NCBI GenBank assembly: GCA_000934665.2 | Contig: KZ538480.1 | Coordinates: 1 to 64,000 of the forward strand | Direction: 5' to 3' | Length of the DNA stretch: 64,000 bases | From: Catajapyx aquilonaris | Taxonomy: Eukaryota | Part shown: positions 1-12,354 of the stretch, one piece after another | Layout: every line of letters begins with the position of its first letter | How positions within the stretch are numbered: the stretch's first letter is position 1 | Position numbers and translations under genes: made by a program | Notes under the pieces: generated by a model | Databases searched by the model: none | Seen by the model: the letters and a program-made list of their open reading frames with translations, nothing else | Told to the model about the DNA's origin: nothing

Positions 1-3000
1 TCGGTAGTAATATGGGACCCTCATTTGTAACCGGTTGTGTGGTGTTGAGACAGGTTTGATGAGGGTCATTTCTCCAGGATACGCGTAGGGGGTGAATGTG
101 TTGATGGAAATTAGTTGCGAATTGCGACTATTCATTACCATGCGTTGGTTGGAAAGGGGGTTACAAATTGTGAGGTGACTAATCCTGAGGCTTGGGAATA
201 CGGGGAATTCCCCGGTTATTCGACAGATGAGGGGGGGGGGGGGNGCACTGTGGCGTTACCTACTGAAGAAAAAAAATGGCTATACTTTTCCTCGATAATT
301 TTCATTGGTTCTCTGTAAGCATACCGGGAACAAATATCATTTTCCAAAAAAAAAGGTTCCGGATGCCCCCATTAATATTTTCGAAGCGACGAGAGATCCG
401 CTCGCGTCGCGTCGCTGCTGGAAAAAAATAACAGGAGCGATGGTATCCATGGCTACTAGATATACCCGCTTTGCTCTCCCAGCTCGGGGGAGGGTATGTC
501 GACGGCAAAGCGAATGAGCTGAAAAATTAAAACACAATTTTGAAACTATCTGAATAAATCCTCCCCAACCCTCGTTAGTAGCCCNCTCCCCCCCCCCCCA
601 AAAAAAAACCCCCCACTGATAATTTTCAGGTGGTTTCGACATTTTTGATCCAGCTTCTGCGCAAACTTTGCAATTGAAGCCTTGCTAAATCCAAATCAAA
701 GCCGACTCTTCAAAATAGGAGAATTTAGCCATATTAAAGCTAATACGTTAATGACGGATTATCGATTTTTGATCAGTATAGGTATTAACTATGGTGATTC
801 TAGCCCATATTAGCTCCCAGAAAATATTTTCTAACTAATTTTTACAGTCGTAATAAATTTTACTAATTCTGATGTTAAAATGTGCTTTAATGAAACAAAT
901 TGTTTTGTTTGAAAAAAAAAAAATCGAACTCAAAAATGGTACCTAGAACTCATAATTAAAGTGCTGCTACTCCTGGATACAAATAAGGCGAAGGAGGCAT
1001 TGGAGTTAACTGTGGCGTGTCGTTATTAGGCGGACTGAATTATTCGGGTTGTCAGGGATACTTGTGTGACAGGGGGAAGGAAAGGGAGATTGGTTCAAAT
1101 TGTTTCGGTGCTCTCGAAGGTGAAAATAATTGGAGGAGAAGAAGGAGAGACAAGGAGATGAGATGCTGGAAGAAGAAAAAAATGGCAGGGAAGTGGTCGA
1201 TTCTCTGGCAGACGGAAATTGCCTTATTTCCAGCATTGTTGACAACGCGAGTGGAGAGCCAATCAGTGAGGTGTATATGCCACATTGTAAATAATATATG
1301 CGCATGCGCACACGCAAATTTTTTGATATTTGTTATTTTTGTTATTTATGATTTTATTTCACATAATTATTTAAATATGTCGTTTGATTCCAGTTATTAG
1401 TTTACTTCTTTAGTAGGCCTTAGAAGGCAAGCAGTGAGATCATTATTACAGTATTTAAATAAAAAAAGGGTACCTCTATCAAGTAATTCCAACCTCTCCA
1501 CTCAAGTTGGAAGACTTTACCTCAAAGGACCGGATTTAGAGCCGGGCTCTATTCCTCCCCTCGGAATATAATGTTAAGCCTGCAAATGGAAAGAAGAAGT
1601 AGTCTGAACCTTAACCATTCTATCTACCTTGCCAATTTCTCTAGCCACTTTTCTGTCTAGTTCACCTGCTTTTGTGTCTCCAGATTGAGGCTGGAAGGAT
1701 TGGCTTCTAGGCCTCGCCAATCCGATTTACTCATAGCCATGCTATTCTTTCCTGGATCTATTGAAGTTTAGAGTTTTAATAGAAAGGGTCGTGTCCTTCG
1801 ACAGGTTAAACGCCATACATAATGAATACAACATTTACAATAACAGTTCTTAAATAGGTATTATTTGCAATAGCAGTTCTTGAAAACACGGTTATTTATC
1901 ATAGCAGTTACTTGTAGCAAGAGTGACGTAACATGCGTAAAATATACTCTATGAGAGTATGGTTCATTGACTACTGGATGCAATTACCAGGGGTAGGCCT
2001 AAATGTGGTATGGACGTGGGAGGGGGGGCAACTGAGTGCTCTTTGTGCGTAGCCGGCGATAAATCCAGATTTAAGTCAGACTTAGGTCATAAATTCGGCT
2101 GTAATAATGTTAAGTCAGGGTTAAATCCATTGAGAGTGCAACGGTCGTGAGCAGAATGCCAGGAACTTCAGTATCTGACGAGTACGTTCGGGTAAAGCCA
2201 CGGAGCCTTGACCTACAGCAACGCACGCTGGTCGGCCAAAAAGTTTAAAGTTTAATTTTAACATTAAAGTATACTATTTTTTAATTATATCTTCTTAAAC
2301 ACAATCATAGGAATAGCCCATGAAAATTGCAGTGATACCTTCAAAATAATTTTAGTTCCTGATGGAAGTCATACAAATACCAATTAATCCAGTAGAAATC
2401 CCTGGAAGTCCCAGAAAACCCTCTGGAGTCCAATATATTTTTTAAACAAATTTCTGTCTGTCAGCTGCAGAACACCTAGATTTTTCCCGAAAACCGAGTG
2501 GGGAGTCTCTGAAAGTCCGACCCAAACCGGATTTCCCCTTCACCATCCTTATGAACAAATTCCTACTTTTGGTTCCCATCCTTAAGATCAAGGCTTGGTC
2601 TGGAGAAACGCCGGACTATTGACGGAATTCGGTCCGCTCCTGGCCAACAATGCGAAATGTGGGGAGAGGAGAAGGAGGACGGGAGGGAAGGAAGGGAAGG
2701 AGGGCGAGAGAAAGAAGGAATAATTTTGATTCCGGACGCGTTTGGTGAGGACAGTCCTTCAATCCGGAATGAGATGCCCGGAATGCAGGCAAGAGGAAAA
2801 GCTGCTCATAAATAATCCGGGAGGCCCTCTTGCTTCTCTGCCTAGAGCCACCATTTTGGATCCAGACAATACAACCCTAACGAGACTTAAAGCCCCGGAC
2901 GCTTCGTAAGGATGATTTTGCGAAGTATTTTTTTATTCTTTTTCTGCGCTCGCAATATTATTAGGCAGAGACGCGCAAATTGTGACCGTTTGTTGCAGAG

Positions 3001-3219
3001 TTCCCGGATATGCAGGACTCTGTACTGAACCAGAGGAGGTGCAATGACTAATTTCATTTTTAGGAGGCGTAATGAAATATGGCATGCGATTCGCTCCATT
3101 GTTGAGATGTCGAATGATATACTACGATTTTTTTTAAAAAAAAGTTAAGACTTACGTCGCCATTGGCGTCATTAGTACGCAAGTCCACTAAAATGGCAAT
3201 AATTATGAAGTCGGAACTT

Positions 3220-3293
3220 TAGTAGTATAGTAGTCGTCGTCGTCGTATCAGTAGGCTAGTAGTAGTCGTCGTATCAGTAATAGTAGTCGTCTC

Positions 3294-3332
<39 letters not shown>

Positions 3333-3700
3333 CGTCGTCGTCTCAGTAGTAGTAGTCGTGTCCGTAGTCGTAGTCGTATCCGTAGTCGTATCCGTAGTCG
3401 TAGTCGTGTCAGTAGTCGTGTCAGTAGTCGTTGTCGTATCAGTAGTCGTGTCAGTAGTCGTATCAGTAGCAACTATAGCAGTAGTAATAGTAGTATTACT
3501 AGTAGCAACAGTAGTAGTACCAGCAGCAGGAGTAGTAGTACCAGCAGCAGGAGTAGTCGTATCAGTAGTATTAGTCGTAGCCGTAGTCGCATCAATAGCA
3601 GCAGCAGTAGTAGTATTACTAGTAGCAACAGTAGTAGTAGTACCAGCAGCCGCACCAGTAGTCGTATCAGTAGTATTAGTCGCAGCCGTAGTCGCATCAA

Positions 3701-3750
<50 letters not shown>
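3220..3750. repeat. Degenerate (GTA)n/(GTC)n trinucleotide block with internal ~100-bp duplication
   Basis: Pure (gta)n runs near 3295-3330 and 3702-3750; segment ~3484-3598 is repeated at ~3607-3703. Source of the poly-Thr/Val/Leu ORFs. Confidence 0.9.
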
Positions 3751-3751
<1 letters not shown>

Positions 3752-4779
3752 AAGAAGAAAAAAAATGAAACACTAATGTTAACAATAAAATACTGATTTA
3801 AAAAACATGAAAATATAACTATAAAAATACAGATCATGCACGATATGATTTGTTGATATTTAAAAGAGCAGTGTGAAGATGAGTTGCGCAGAACGCTACT
3901 GCACATATTGTGGCGTGTCCTCATTGGTCGGCTCCAATTCACCTGCGCATGCGCACTCTCTCAGATTAAAGTTAGCGTTCACGGTATGGGTTGACGCTTC
4001 ACACACCCGGCAGCAATCTCCCACAATCGACTCTCATTACATCCCCCCCTTGATGTATGACCTCAATGCTGATCCAGCCCCATTTGCACAACATGTGAGA
4101 AGTGTTAATGGCTGCTCATGCAATCAAACCCTGTCACCCAACACCCCATATCCTGTCCAAACCCTTATCGATCATTCCCGACAAATTTTTTTTTTTGGGT
4201 GTTATTTCCAACCTTAATCCCTCCCTGCCAAACCTGCTCCACCCACGACCTCTGGATGGGCAATCCGTCATGAAACGAGCGAATCAAACGAATTGGGTCG
4301 GATCCGAAAAACCCGCGGGTGTTGACTCACAAGATGAAATGTGCGGGGGACACGAGATGCGATTTTCCTCAGCAGGGGGGGTCCATCATAACAAGATTTG
4401 TACCCCCCCCCCTTCCCCCGGTAGATGAGAGGGGTACAGAGGAAGCGTTTTCCATTAAAATGTCAACAGGGGGGGAGGGGGGCGCACTCGTTGCGAAGAG
4501 AGCAAAGCTGTGTACCATGGAGACCCCTCACACACACGGCTCCTTATAATGCACTCCGTTCCATTACACATGGCGTGAGATATGGGAATGGTGCTCATAA
4601 ATTCAAAGCGGCCACACTTCACGCCGTCTCCCTATGGGTACAAGTGCGGCTAGGGGGATGTTAGTACGCGATTAATCCTGGATCGCTTAGTATGGTAACA
4701 CTGGACAATTTATGGAGTTGGCAACTCTGACGCTAGGTGGACACTACCAGGAATACAGCTGGCAACTGTGAGCGGCAAC

Positions 4780-5525
4780 TATAGTTGGCTACTGACATGA
4801 GACAAGCAGTAGGCGGCTCCTCTGAGACAAGCAGCTAGCTACTGCGGCACCCAGTTGGCTACTCTGAGGCAAGTACCCGGCTACGAAGTCGGCTACTGAG
4901 GCAACAGCTGGCTACTGAGGCAATGAGCTGACTACTGAGGCAAGCAGCTGGCTCAAGGAGTTAACCACTCGACTGTAAAGTGTACACTGGAGTATCAAAA
5001 TTCAAAGAGTACCAAGGAGTACCTGGCGTACCACTGCAGGTGTACTACACTTGAGTACCGAAGTTGTTAACCCCTTGAGTTGGCTACCCTGAGGCAAGTA
5101 GCCGGCTACTGAGGCTACCAGCTGGCTACTGAGGCTACCAGCTGGCTACTGAGGTAACCAGTTGGTTACCGAGGCAACCAGCTGGCTACTGAGATAACCA
5201 GTTGGCTACTGAGGCAACTGGTTATTAAGGCATCCGTTAGCTACTCTGAGGAAAGCAGCTGGCAACTCTGAGGCACCCAGTTGGCTACTAGGCAACCAGC
5301 TGGCTACTGTCGCAACCAGCTGGTTATTAAGGCATCCGTTAGATACTCTGAGGCAAGCAGCTGGCTACCGAGGCACACAGTTGGCTACCGAGGCACCCAG
5401 TTGGCTACCTAGGTAACCAGTTGGCTACTAGGTAATCAGTTGGCTACTAGGCAACCAGTTCGCTACTGAGGCGACTAGTTGGCTACTGAGGCTACCAGCT
5501 GGCTACTGAGGCCAGCCCCGACTAC
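4780..5525. repeat. Degenerate ~20-bp minisatellite (GGCTACTGAGGCAACCAGCT-like)
   Basis: Many tandem variants of ggctactgaggc(a/t)accag(c/t)t, interrupted by a MITE at 4954-5077. Confidence 0.9.
4954..5077. mobile_element. 124-bp MITE with 8-bp TSD (P- or hAT-superfamily type)
   Basis: TIRs CAAGGAGTTAAC / GTTAACCCCTTG (11/12 match); flanking AGCTGGCT (4946-4953) and AGTTGGCT (5078-5085); removing the element plus one TSD restores a host minisatellite unit. Confidence 0.7.
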
Positions 5526-6344
5526 TGAGAGAGCGATCTGGCAACCATGTTGGCGCATGCGCACCGACCATTTTGGAGCCTATCAGTGCACAATAGCCAG
5601 ATGCATCTCAAGTTTGTCCAGCACGTTGCAGTTAAACCCGGATTCCCACTTCCCACGAGTAATCCAGGTCCGGAAATTCCGGTTGTACCCCCTTTGCCTC
5701 CTGGTGTTTCCGCGTGGCATACTAAGTGCGCCAATTTTCTTCCAGAGGGCGGTCCCTAAGCACCGACTGCTTGACAAGAAGGGGTATAAAACGGGGAGGA
5801 AAAGTCAGGCCCGCCTCATCTCTCAAAAGCCTCGTGTTTTCAATTTGAAGGGTGGTGGGAGGGAGGCCTGCTCCCCTACTGCTCCATCCCCCTCCTCTCT
5901 TCATATTTGCCTCATAAAGGACTCGCTGCTAATCAACTCACGCTTTTCCCTCGCTCGCTTGCGTTTCCGAGATAGTAAACGCGTTCATTTCCAGGTTCCC
6001 CCGGATTGGCGCGAAGGTTGGTACCCATGATGTTTTCCACTTTAAACGATTTGACGGAATGATTTACAACGAGTCTGTCAAGGCTATCCTGCGCCGTGTC
6101 AGTCATTCCGGAGCCGATGACTGTACTAATGCTGTTAGTGAGCCAATCCGAAGCTTGGATGCGGTTTTCCAATCCGGTTACACGGCCGTGAAATAGCCTC
6201 ACAGCGGATATTGCCAATGTTACGCGTGGTAGCCATCTTGGATCGCCCAGAGAGTGGAGATTTGGTGACCCAAGATGGCCGCACCCTGCTACCGTATAAT
6301 ATACAGTAGCAAATTATAGGTCGGACCTACAGCAATTCGTCATT

Positions 6345-6875
6345 TTGATATATCGATGATTGCCCGACACATCGATTATATCAATATTGATGTCGATTGC
6401 TTGGTTGATATTACGATATATCGATTCTTGGTTCATAATACTATATCGATTATTTATTATATTTCGATATACTGATCGATATTACGATGTATCGATTATT
6501 GGTTGATCATACAATATATCGAATATTGATAAGCTGAGTCGATATACTGAATGTAATCGATATATTATATCGATTTGTCGAATGTAATCGGCATATCGGC
6601 CACATTTGAGGTTAATTTTGTTCGATTTTCAATATATCGAATGAGTATTCAGAATAGATATAAAGTTTTCAAGCAATTATTCGAAATATCGATATTTCGG
6701 ACTTTGCGAACTTCTTTAACGAGAGATAAAACGATTTTTTTTCGATATGTTATCAAAGAACAAGTCGCTATGTATCGCATTTGCTTATTTTCTATTGCAG
6801 TAGTTCGAAGTTTGATACATTGATTGACATGCAATATCGATTGTCGATATGTAAATCCTGATATCGCAGGCCCTA
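6345..6875. mobile_element. ATCGAT-rich block, possibly a decayed non-autonomous hAT-like element
   Basis: Dense atatcgat motifs ending in GATATCGCAGGCCCTA (reverse complement TAGGGCCTGCG, a hAT-like terminus); matching left TIR and TSD not found. Confidence 0.4.
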
Positions 6876-8204
6876 ACTAGAAGGTGCCCTCTGCCGAGTA
6901 ATAAAACTGAAGCTACTGCCCGACATGACAAAACACTAAAACGTCAGTGTGGCCAACAGTGGTGCTCCAAGCGGCACAGGGTAGCCAACTTGGCTATGAC
7001 AATCTCCTACGTCCATTTTCGATCATCCTGGCTTATCTTCAAGCCCTCTCTTGTCGGTGGCCATACTAAATTATTCCTTGCAAATGCTAAATACTCTCGG
7101 TGCTTGACGAGGGTACTTGCGGAGGAATATGATTCATAATCACCTTCAGAAAACAGCCTCTAGGGGGGGTAAATCCGACGAAATAAAGTCCAAGCACGGT
7201 CCTGAACACAGTCTGAATCAGTAATAAGAAGCCGGTTTTACTGGACTCTTGTTTCCGATTCAAGGCTTTCTTCTTATATAGTCTGTGGAGGTGAGGGTTA
7301 TAGGCTCTGACTAAAGACCGGGTTTAATAACAAAGTGGAGGGTAAAGCTCAAGTCGAGAGAACGATCGATTGTCTACCCCATCAACCTACCCTCCCTTCA
7401 GCGTCCCTAATTCATAGATAAGATTTTGGGGGGGAAGGCGAAAGAGCTTTTCGTTTTCTGGGCGAATGCCTCATATTTCTTATCAGTCCTAGGCATTGTT
7501 TCTATTTAATGGCTGGCCCCATAAACCCCATAAGTAGAGGAGAGGGGGTTCAAAGCCCTGGATTTGCATGACTTTGCGATTCTTGCATTTTTTCTCACAA
7601 AATTTTGAAATATTACAATTATTGAAAAATTTGTAAAAATAATTAAATTCATAATGTCTGGCTAAGTAAAGAACTGGGAGGAGTTACCATGTTGAAGTAG
7701 CCAATCACAACCAGTGAGGTCACGCCAGTCATGCAGCCAATCACGGGGCTCAGAATGTCACCCAGAAATATCGATAAATCAAGGAGGGTCGTTTGAAAAT
7801 TACGGCTTAATTACTGCTAGTGATGCTACCAAGTAATAAAATTGAAAACATTACTGTAAAATGACGAAAAAAATAAATTATTTTAATGTTTAAATTGCCG
7901 ATTATATTATGTCAATGTACGTAGTTATAATTGTTTCATCACATCGTGTCGTATCGTGTAGCTGGTTTGTCAGCCTCATTTCCCACTGCCCAATGAGAAA
8001 AAGTCTAATCAAATCACGCTCTCGGATTTGCCTGTCTTGGTATATTAATACTGTACATCTACTGAATATACAGTAGTTATATATTAATATTAATTCCATA
8101 TATTTGTAAATTACGTATGAAAATGCAAAAATTATTGTTTGTTTCAATCAGTTAGATTTGTTCACACAGTGGTTATTCATATTAGCTGCTATTCAAATAA
8201 TAAA

Positions 8205-8450
8205 CCATTTAATCGACATGAAATATGCAATTCAGTATATTGAATGTGAGGCCGATATATCGATTGCCATTGATATCAGTATCGAGAGATCGGCCACATT
8301 TGATATTTGTTCGATATGTCGATTTGTCGAATGTACATAAATAGAGATATATCGAGATATATCGATATAACGAATGTGTTTTCTGAATCGATATAACATT
8401 TATGAACGATAATATCGATATATCGGCAGCATATTTCATGTATATTTTTA
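8205..8450. repeat. Second ATCGAT-rich block homologous to 6345-6875
   Basis: Shares cgatttgtcgaatgta and atcggccacatttga with ~6571-6609. Confidence 0.7.
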
Positions 8451-8460
8451 TATGTACGTA

Positions 8461-8583
8461 CAGTGGTGGAAATTAATGGAGAAGCACAAGTATCGCCTCC
8501 TTGCGGTGTTTTTCCTTTACATGAAGCAGCTTCAGAAAAACTCCACCAGGCGGCGATACTTGCGCCATCAGTTTCCACCATTG
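8461..8583. mobile_element. Tc1/mariner-type MITE (123 bp)
   Basis: TA|CAGTGGTGGAAA ... TTTCCACCATTG|TA; internal inverted pair caagtatcgcc / ggcgatacttg. Confidence 0.75.
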
Positions 8584-9420
8584 TACGATTATAATCGTAC
8601 ATTATAAAACAACATACTCTTTAACATCAGCTATATGTAATTATTTCTATTTGCTTTGAATTAACCAAATAGTGTAGTGCGATTCGAACGCAGCCGTTGA
8701 CTCGACCTGGCAACCTCTGTCCAGCTCGCAAAGTCCCTGTCCATAAAGCAATGCGGTGAAATGCAACAAGCGTCAGCTGGGCCAGTTAGTGTCCCCTGTC
8801 GTCCCATGGAAACACTCCTTTAGGGAATCCGACCAGGATTAAACCAGGCCCTGCCGTCCAATGTTCTCTTCTCTCTTCCGTCCCAGAAACTCTTCCCGGA
8901 GAACCGATGGGGACCATAAAGAGGGAGGGAGAGGGGGAGAGAAGAGGAAGAGGGGAGGACGTGAAGGGAATCCGAGAAGGAGGCTAGGGAGGTTGAATTC
9001 TCTCCTCCTCCCACCACCATCAGATGGGGAGGATGGAGGGACACACACAAGTCGTGTCGTGATTCGAGATGAGCCCTGTAAATTAAGCCACTAATGTGTC
9101 TCGCCCAGGAACACCCACGCTTCACTTTGATGTACGGCGGGATGCATCACCCTGTAGCCAGAGTGTTATGTCCTGCGAGGGACAGGACGTTCACCCTCTT
9201 TGGTTTATGAGGGGGGTGGTCTGAATCAACGGTTCGTGTCCCACTAGGTGCCATGGCCAATGGGAACAATTCATTCGGACTAATATTGCCAGCTAATGTT
9301 CTTCATAGCCACTATTCGTCCTAATAATAGCTAATATGAATAACTAGTAGGTGAACAAGTCGGCTAAACGTTCACTTCGGGATACGCTGCACTTTTACAT
9401 AAGTTACTTTCCTACGCCTC

Positions 9421-9535
9421 TATCCGCTGAAGATAGGCATGTATCCGCTGAAGATAGGCATGTATCCGCTGAAGATAGGCCTGTATCCGCTGAAGATAGG
9501 CCTGTATCCGCCGAAGATAGGCCTTTATCCGCCGT
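9421..9535. repeat. 21-bp tandem repeat, ~5.5 copies, inside a dispersed repeat
   Basis: Unit tatccgctgaagataggc(a/c)tg; a related two-unit version with similar upstream context (gcacttttac) lies at ~20850-20915. Confidence 0.85.
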
Positions 9536-9665
9536 CAAGGAAAGTTAGGTCATTGGTTTCGTTGCTACCAAAGATTGCCAAATTCTATCAGGCGATATGA
9601 AAGTCCTTCCAAACAAAATAATCTAACTGCTTGAAATAATAATAATAATTACATATTTATATTTT

Positions 9666-9735
9666 ACAACAACAACAACAACAACAACAACAACATCACG
9701 ACATTTCCCTATGAGGGGTAGTCAGCGATGAAGGG
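9666..9735 (-). mobile_element. Possible 3' tail of an RTE-like LINE or SINE
   Basis: Minus strand reads ...gactacccctcatagggaaatgtcgtga followed by (TGT)n: a short CCC/GGG stem then a trinucleotide tail. No body recognised. Confidence 0.3.
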
Positions 9736-10019
9736 AGACGCAAGCTAACCCAACATATGAACTAATAAAACTCATGAGAATAAACCTAAAAACAACCTGT
9801 CCCACCCCCCACCCCTGCCCACCTCAGACATCACCTTATCCTCGGACATATTTACCTATTTACCCAAATATTTTAAATTCATAGACTACTGATAAATATG
9901 TACTGCAGATGTATTAATATAACAAATGACAAATCACGCAAGTATGATTCGGGTAGACTTTTTCGCATTGGGCAGTGATGGAGAGCCACGAGTCAGAGAG
10001 TCGCCAACTTTGGGCTAGA

Positions 10020-10220
10020 GTAATTATATGGGTTGTTTACTTGTCATATGGAGGCCGCCATCTTGCGTTTCTATGGAAATGGTGGCCGGCTCTGACGTCA
10101 CGGTCGGCTCCGATTGGCTGGAGTTAGGTGCATCAATCGGAGTCGACCGTGACGTCAGAGCCAGCCACTACTTCCATAGAAACGCAAAATGGCGGCCTCC
10201 ATGGGACACCCCATAATTAC
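10020..10220. mobile_element. Foldback (palindromic) MITE-like element
   Basis: ~69-bp near-perfect inverted arms 10048-10116 and 10134-10202, plus outer gtaatta..tggg / cccataattac. Confidence 0.8.
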
Positions 10221-11004
10221 GCCAGCCAATCAGAGACGACTTGAAGGCACCTCTGTAGTTCGGAAGTAGGTTAGGTAGTGCTGAGACATTTTAGGCGACA
10301 GTCTTTGAGTATATCGCTTTTAAAAGTGCGTTATGAACACATTAATTATTATGGTCCATACAAAGCGTCATAAAAGGTGTCGGCTGCTTATCTACCATCA
10401 CATACATCACAAATTCCTGTCCCCAGTAATGCGGCTTTTCCGCTATGCTCAGAGCCAATCAGAAAGATTGTCCAGCCATTATGCATCATCTTCACCACAC
10501 ATCTAAAGCCAACAAAAAACTACATAGCAGGAAAGGCTATAAAGATATGCCTTAAATGCGTGTCGCATCATCCAAAAAAAAAGCCTAACCCAATAATGGA
10601 AGGTCTCCCACCCACCCCTTCCCCCTATGTCAGCGACGTTCACACATCGTTTCTCTCAAATAGAGTTTACGAGCAGTGCGTCACATATTAAATTGAGTCG
10701 TTCCATTCGATCATCGTATATCAAACGTTAATGTGGAATCAATACACTCACGTGCTCAAAAACCTTTTTCAAAAAACAATTTTATTTTTTTGTGAAAAAA
10801 AAAATGGGATGGATATAGAGGGGAGACAAAGTAAAAACTTGAGTCACACATTTTGGAAAAGGGATGATCCTAAGTAATCCGGTTTGTTCCTCCATCATCC
10901 GGACCCTTCTATACGGATCAGAGAAGCACGTGGCGAGGGTTGGACTATATTTGGGGAGACTGTACATAGAGAGGAAAAAGAGATTTCCTAAAATATTCTG
11001 AAAT

Positions 11005-11790
11005 TACAGGTCAATGGCGTGACCTTTGACCTCTCTAGCATGAAACTCTTTAAATGTGTTAAAAGTGTCATAATTACAACATACTATCTGAACAATTTAA
11101 AAGAATTTCTACCAAAGGACAGGTCAATGGGTGAACTTTGACCTTTCGAGTATGTAAAATGTGTAAATCCACAAAAGTTTCACTTAAGGTTACCGTTATA
11201 CCGATTCCACCGTATATTCTGAATTTTTGTACTAAATATGCTCAAAAACATTCAGATCATCCACTGACCTTTGACCTCTCGAATAGAAAAAGGTGTGAAT
11301 CCAAACAAATTTCACATAGCGTTATATCATTATGCTGTTTACAAGCTATGTTCTGAAATTATTTACTACATAGTGACAAAAACATTCAGGTCATCCACTA
11401 ACCTTTGACCTCTCGAGTATAGGAAAAGGTGTAAATCCACACGATTTTCATGCCAATACCACAGTTTATTATGATTTTTTAACTAAGCGTGCTCAAAAAC
11501 ATTCAGGTCATCCATTGACCTTTGACCTGTCGAGTATGAAACACGTCTTGACCTGCTGGCTTTTTGACCACACTGGCATTAATGACCCTAAATTGACATT
11601 GACAAAACCATCCAGGTCATCCACTGACCTTTGACCTCTCCATTAGGAAGAGGTGTAAATCCACACTATCTTCACGTAATGCTACCGAAAGTTATGCTGT
11701 TTCCACCCTACAGTCTGAAAGGTTTTAGTAAATTTTGACAAAAACATACTGGTCATTCACAGACCTTTGACCTCTTTAGTATAAAACACA
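11005..11790. repeat. Diverged ~110-135-bp tandem repeat, 7 units, each with CAGGTCA-n5/6-TGACCTTTGACCT
   Basis: DR1-type motif starts at 11020, 11132, 11265, 11399, 11516, 11625 and 11761 (four perfect, three with one mismatch). Confidence 0.85.
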
Positions 11791-12354
11791 TCTTAACCTT
11801 CTGGTTTTTTGAGAACACACTGGCAGGAACGACCCAAATATCTGACCTCGTGCAACTATTGAGAATGCATCTCCTAAGATTATCCAGACATTGGCTACAC
11901 TGTGGATCCTCCGGGTCCATTGTACCGTCAACGTTCCGGAAGCAGGCTCCGGAGCCATTCCGGATTGTAAGCCCGCCCATGGGACCTATCAACCAAGGCC
12001 CATAGGCATGTTTCTCACCGACTGATGGCCCAAGTTAGCTAGGGTCTTCTTTATGCCTCACTTTTGTGGGTGGGTGGGTGTAAGTCCCTTGACACCTTCC
12101 GGAGGCTAATTACTCCTACCTTTTGCCTCAAATCACCCCTTCCACTTCATTCCCACGGTTCATGGATTCAGTGCACCCAAGGGGCATTACAGCTTCAATC
12201 CTCGTTTTTCAACACTTGCCCCCAAAACTTTTTGTTACGAGGAAAGAGTGTAATGGCCAAATTTCGGCAGGGAGTAATGAGACAAAAAGTGAGTTGATGG
12301 GAGTAATTTCGACATGTCAGACTGACTGATAAGAATGCGAACCACATTAGGTTA

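Noticed and set aside
1972..1990. 13-bp match GGATGCAATTACC with ~51688-51700 (inverted)
   Set aside because: Matches of this length are expected by chance in 64 kb and it does not extend.
3219..3785. 188-aa Thr-rich, mucin-like ORF on the minus strand
   Set aside because: It is a degenerate (TAC)n repeat that is open in several frames, loses frame at its end, has no convincing splice acceptor, and similar blocks at 40-42 kb flip strand. RNA-seq would be needed to rescue it.
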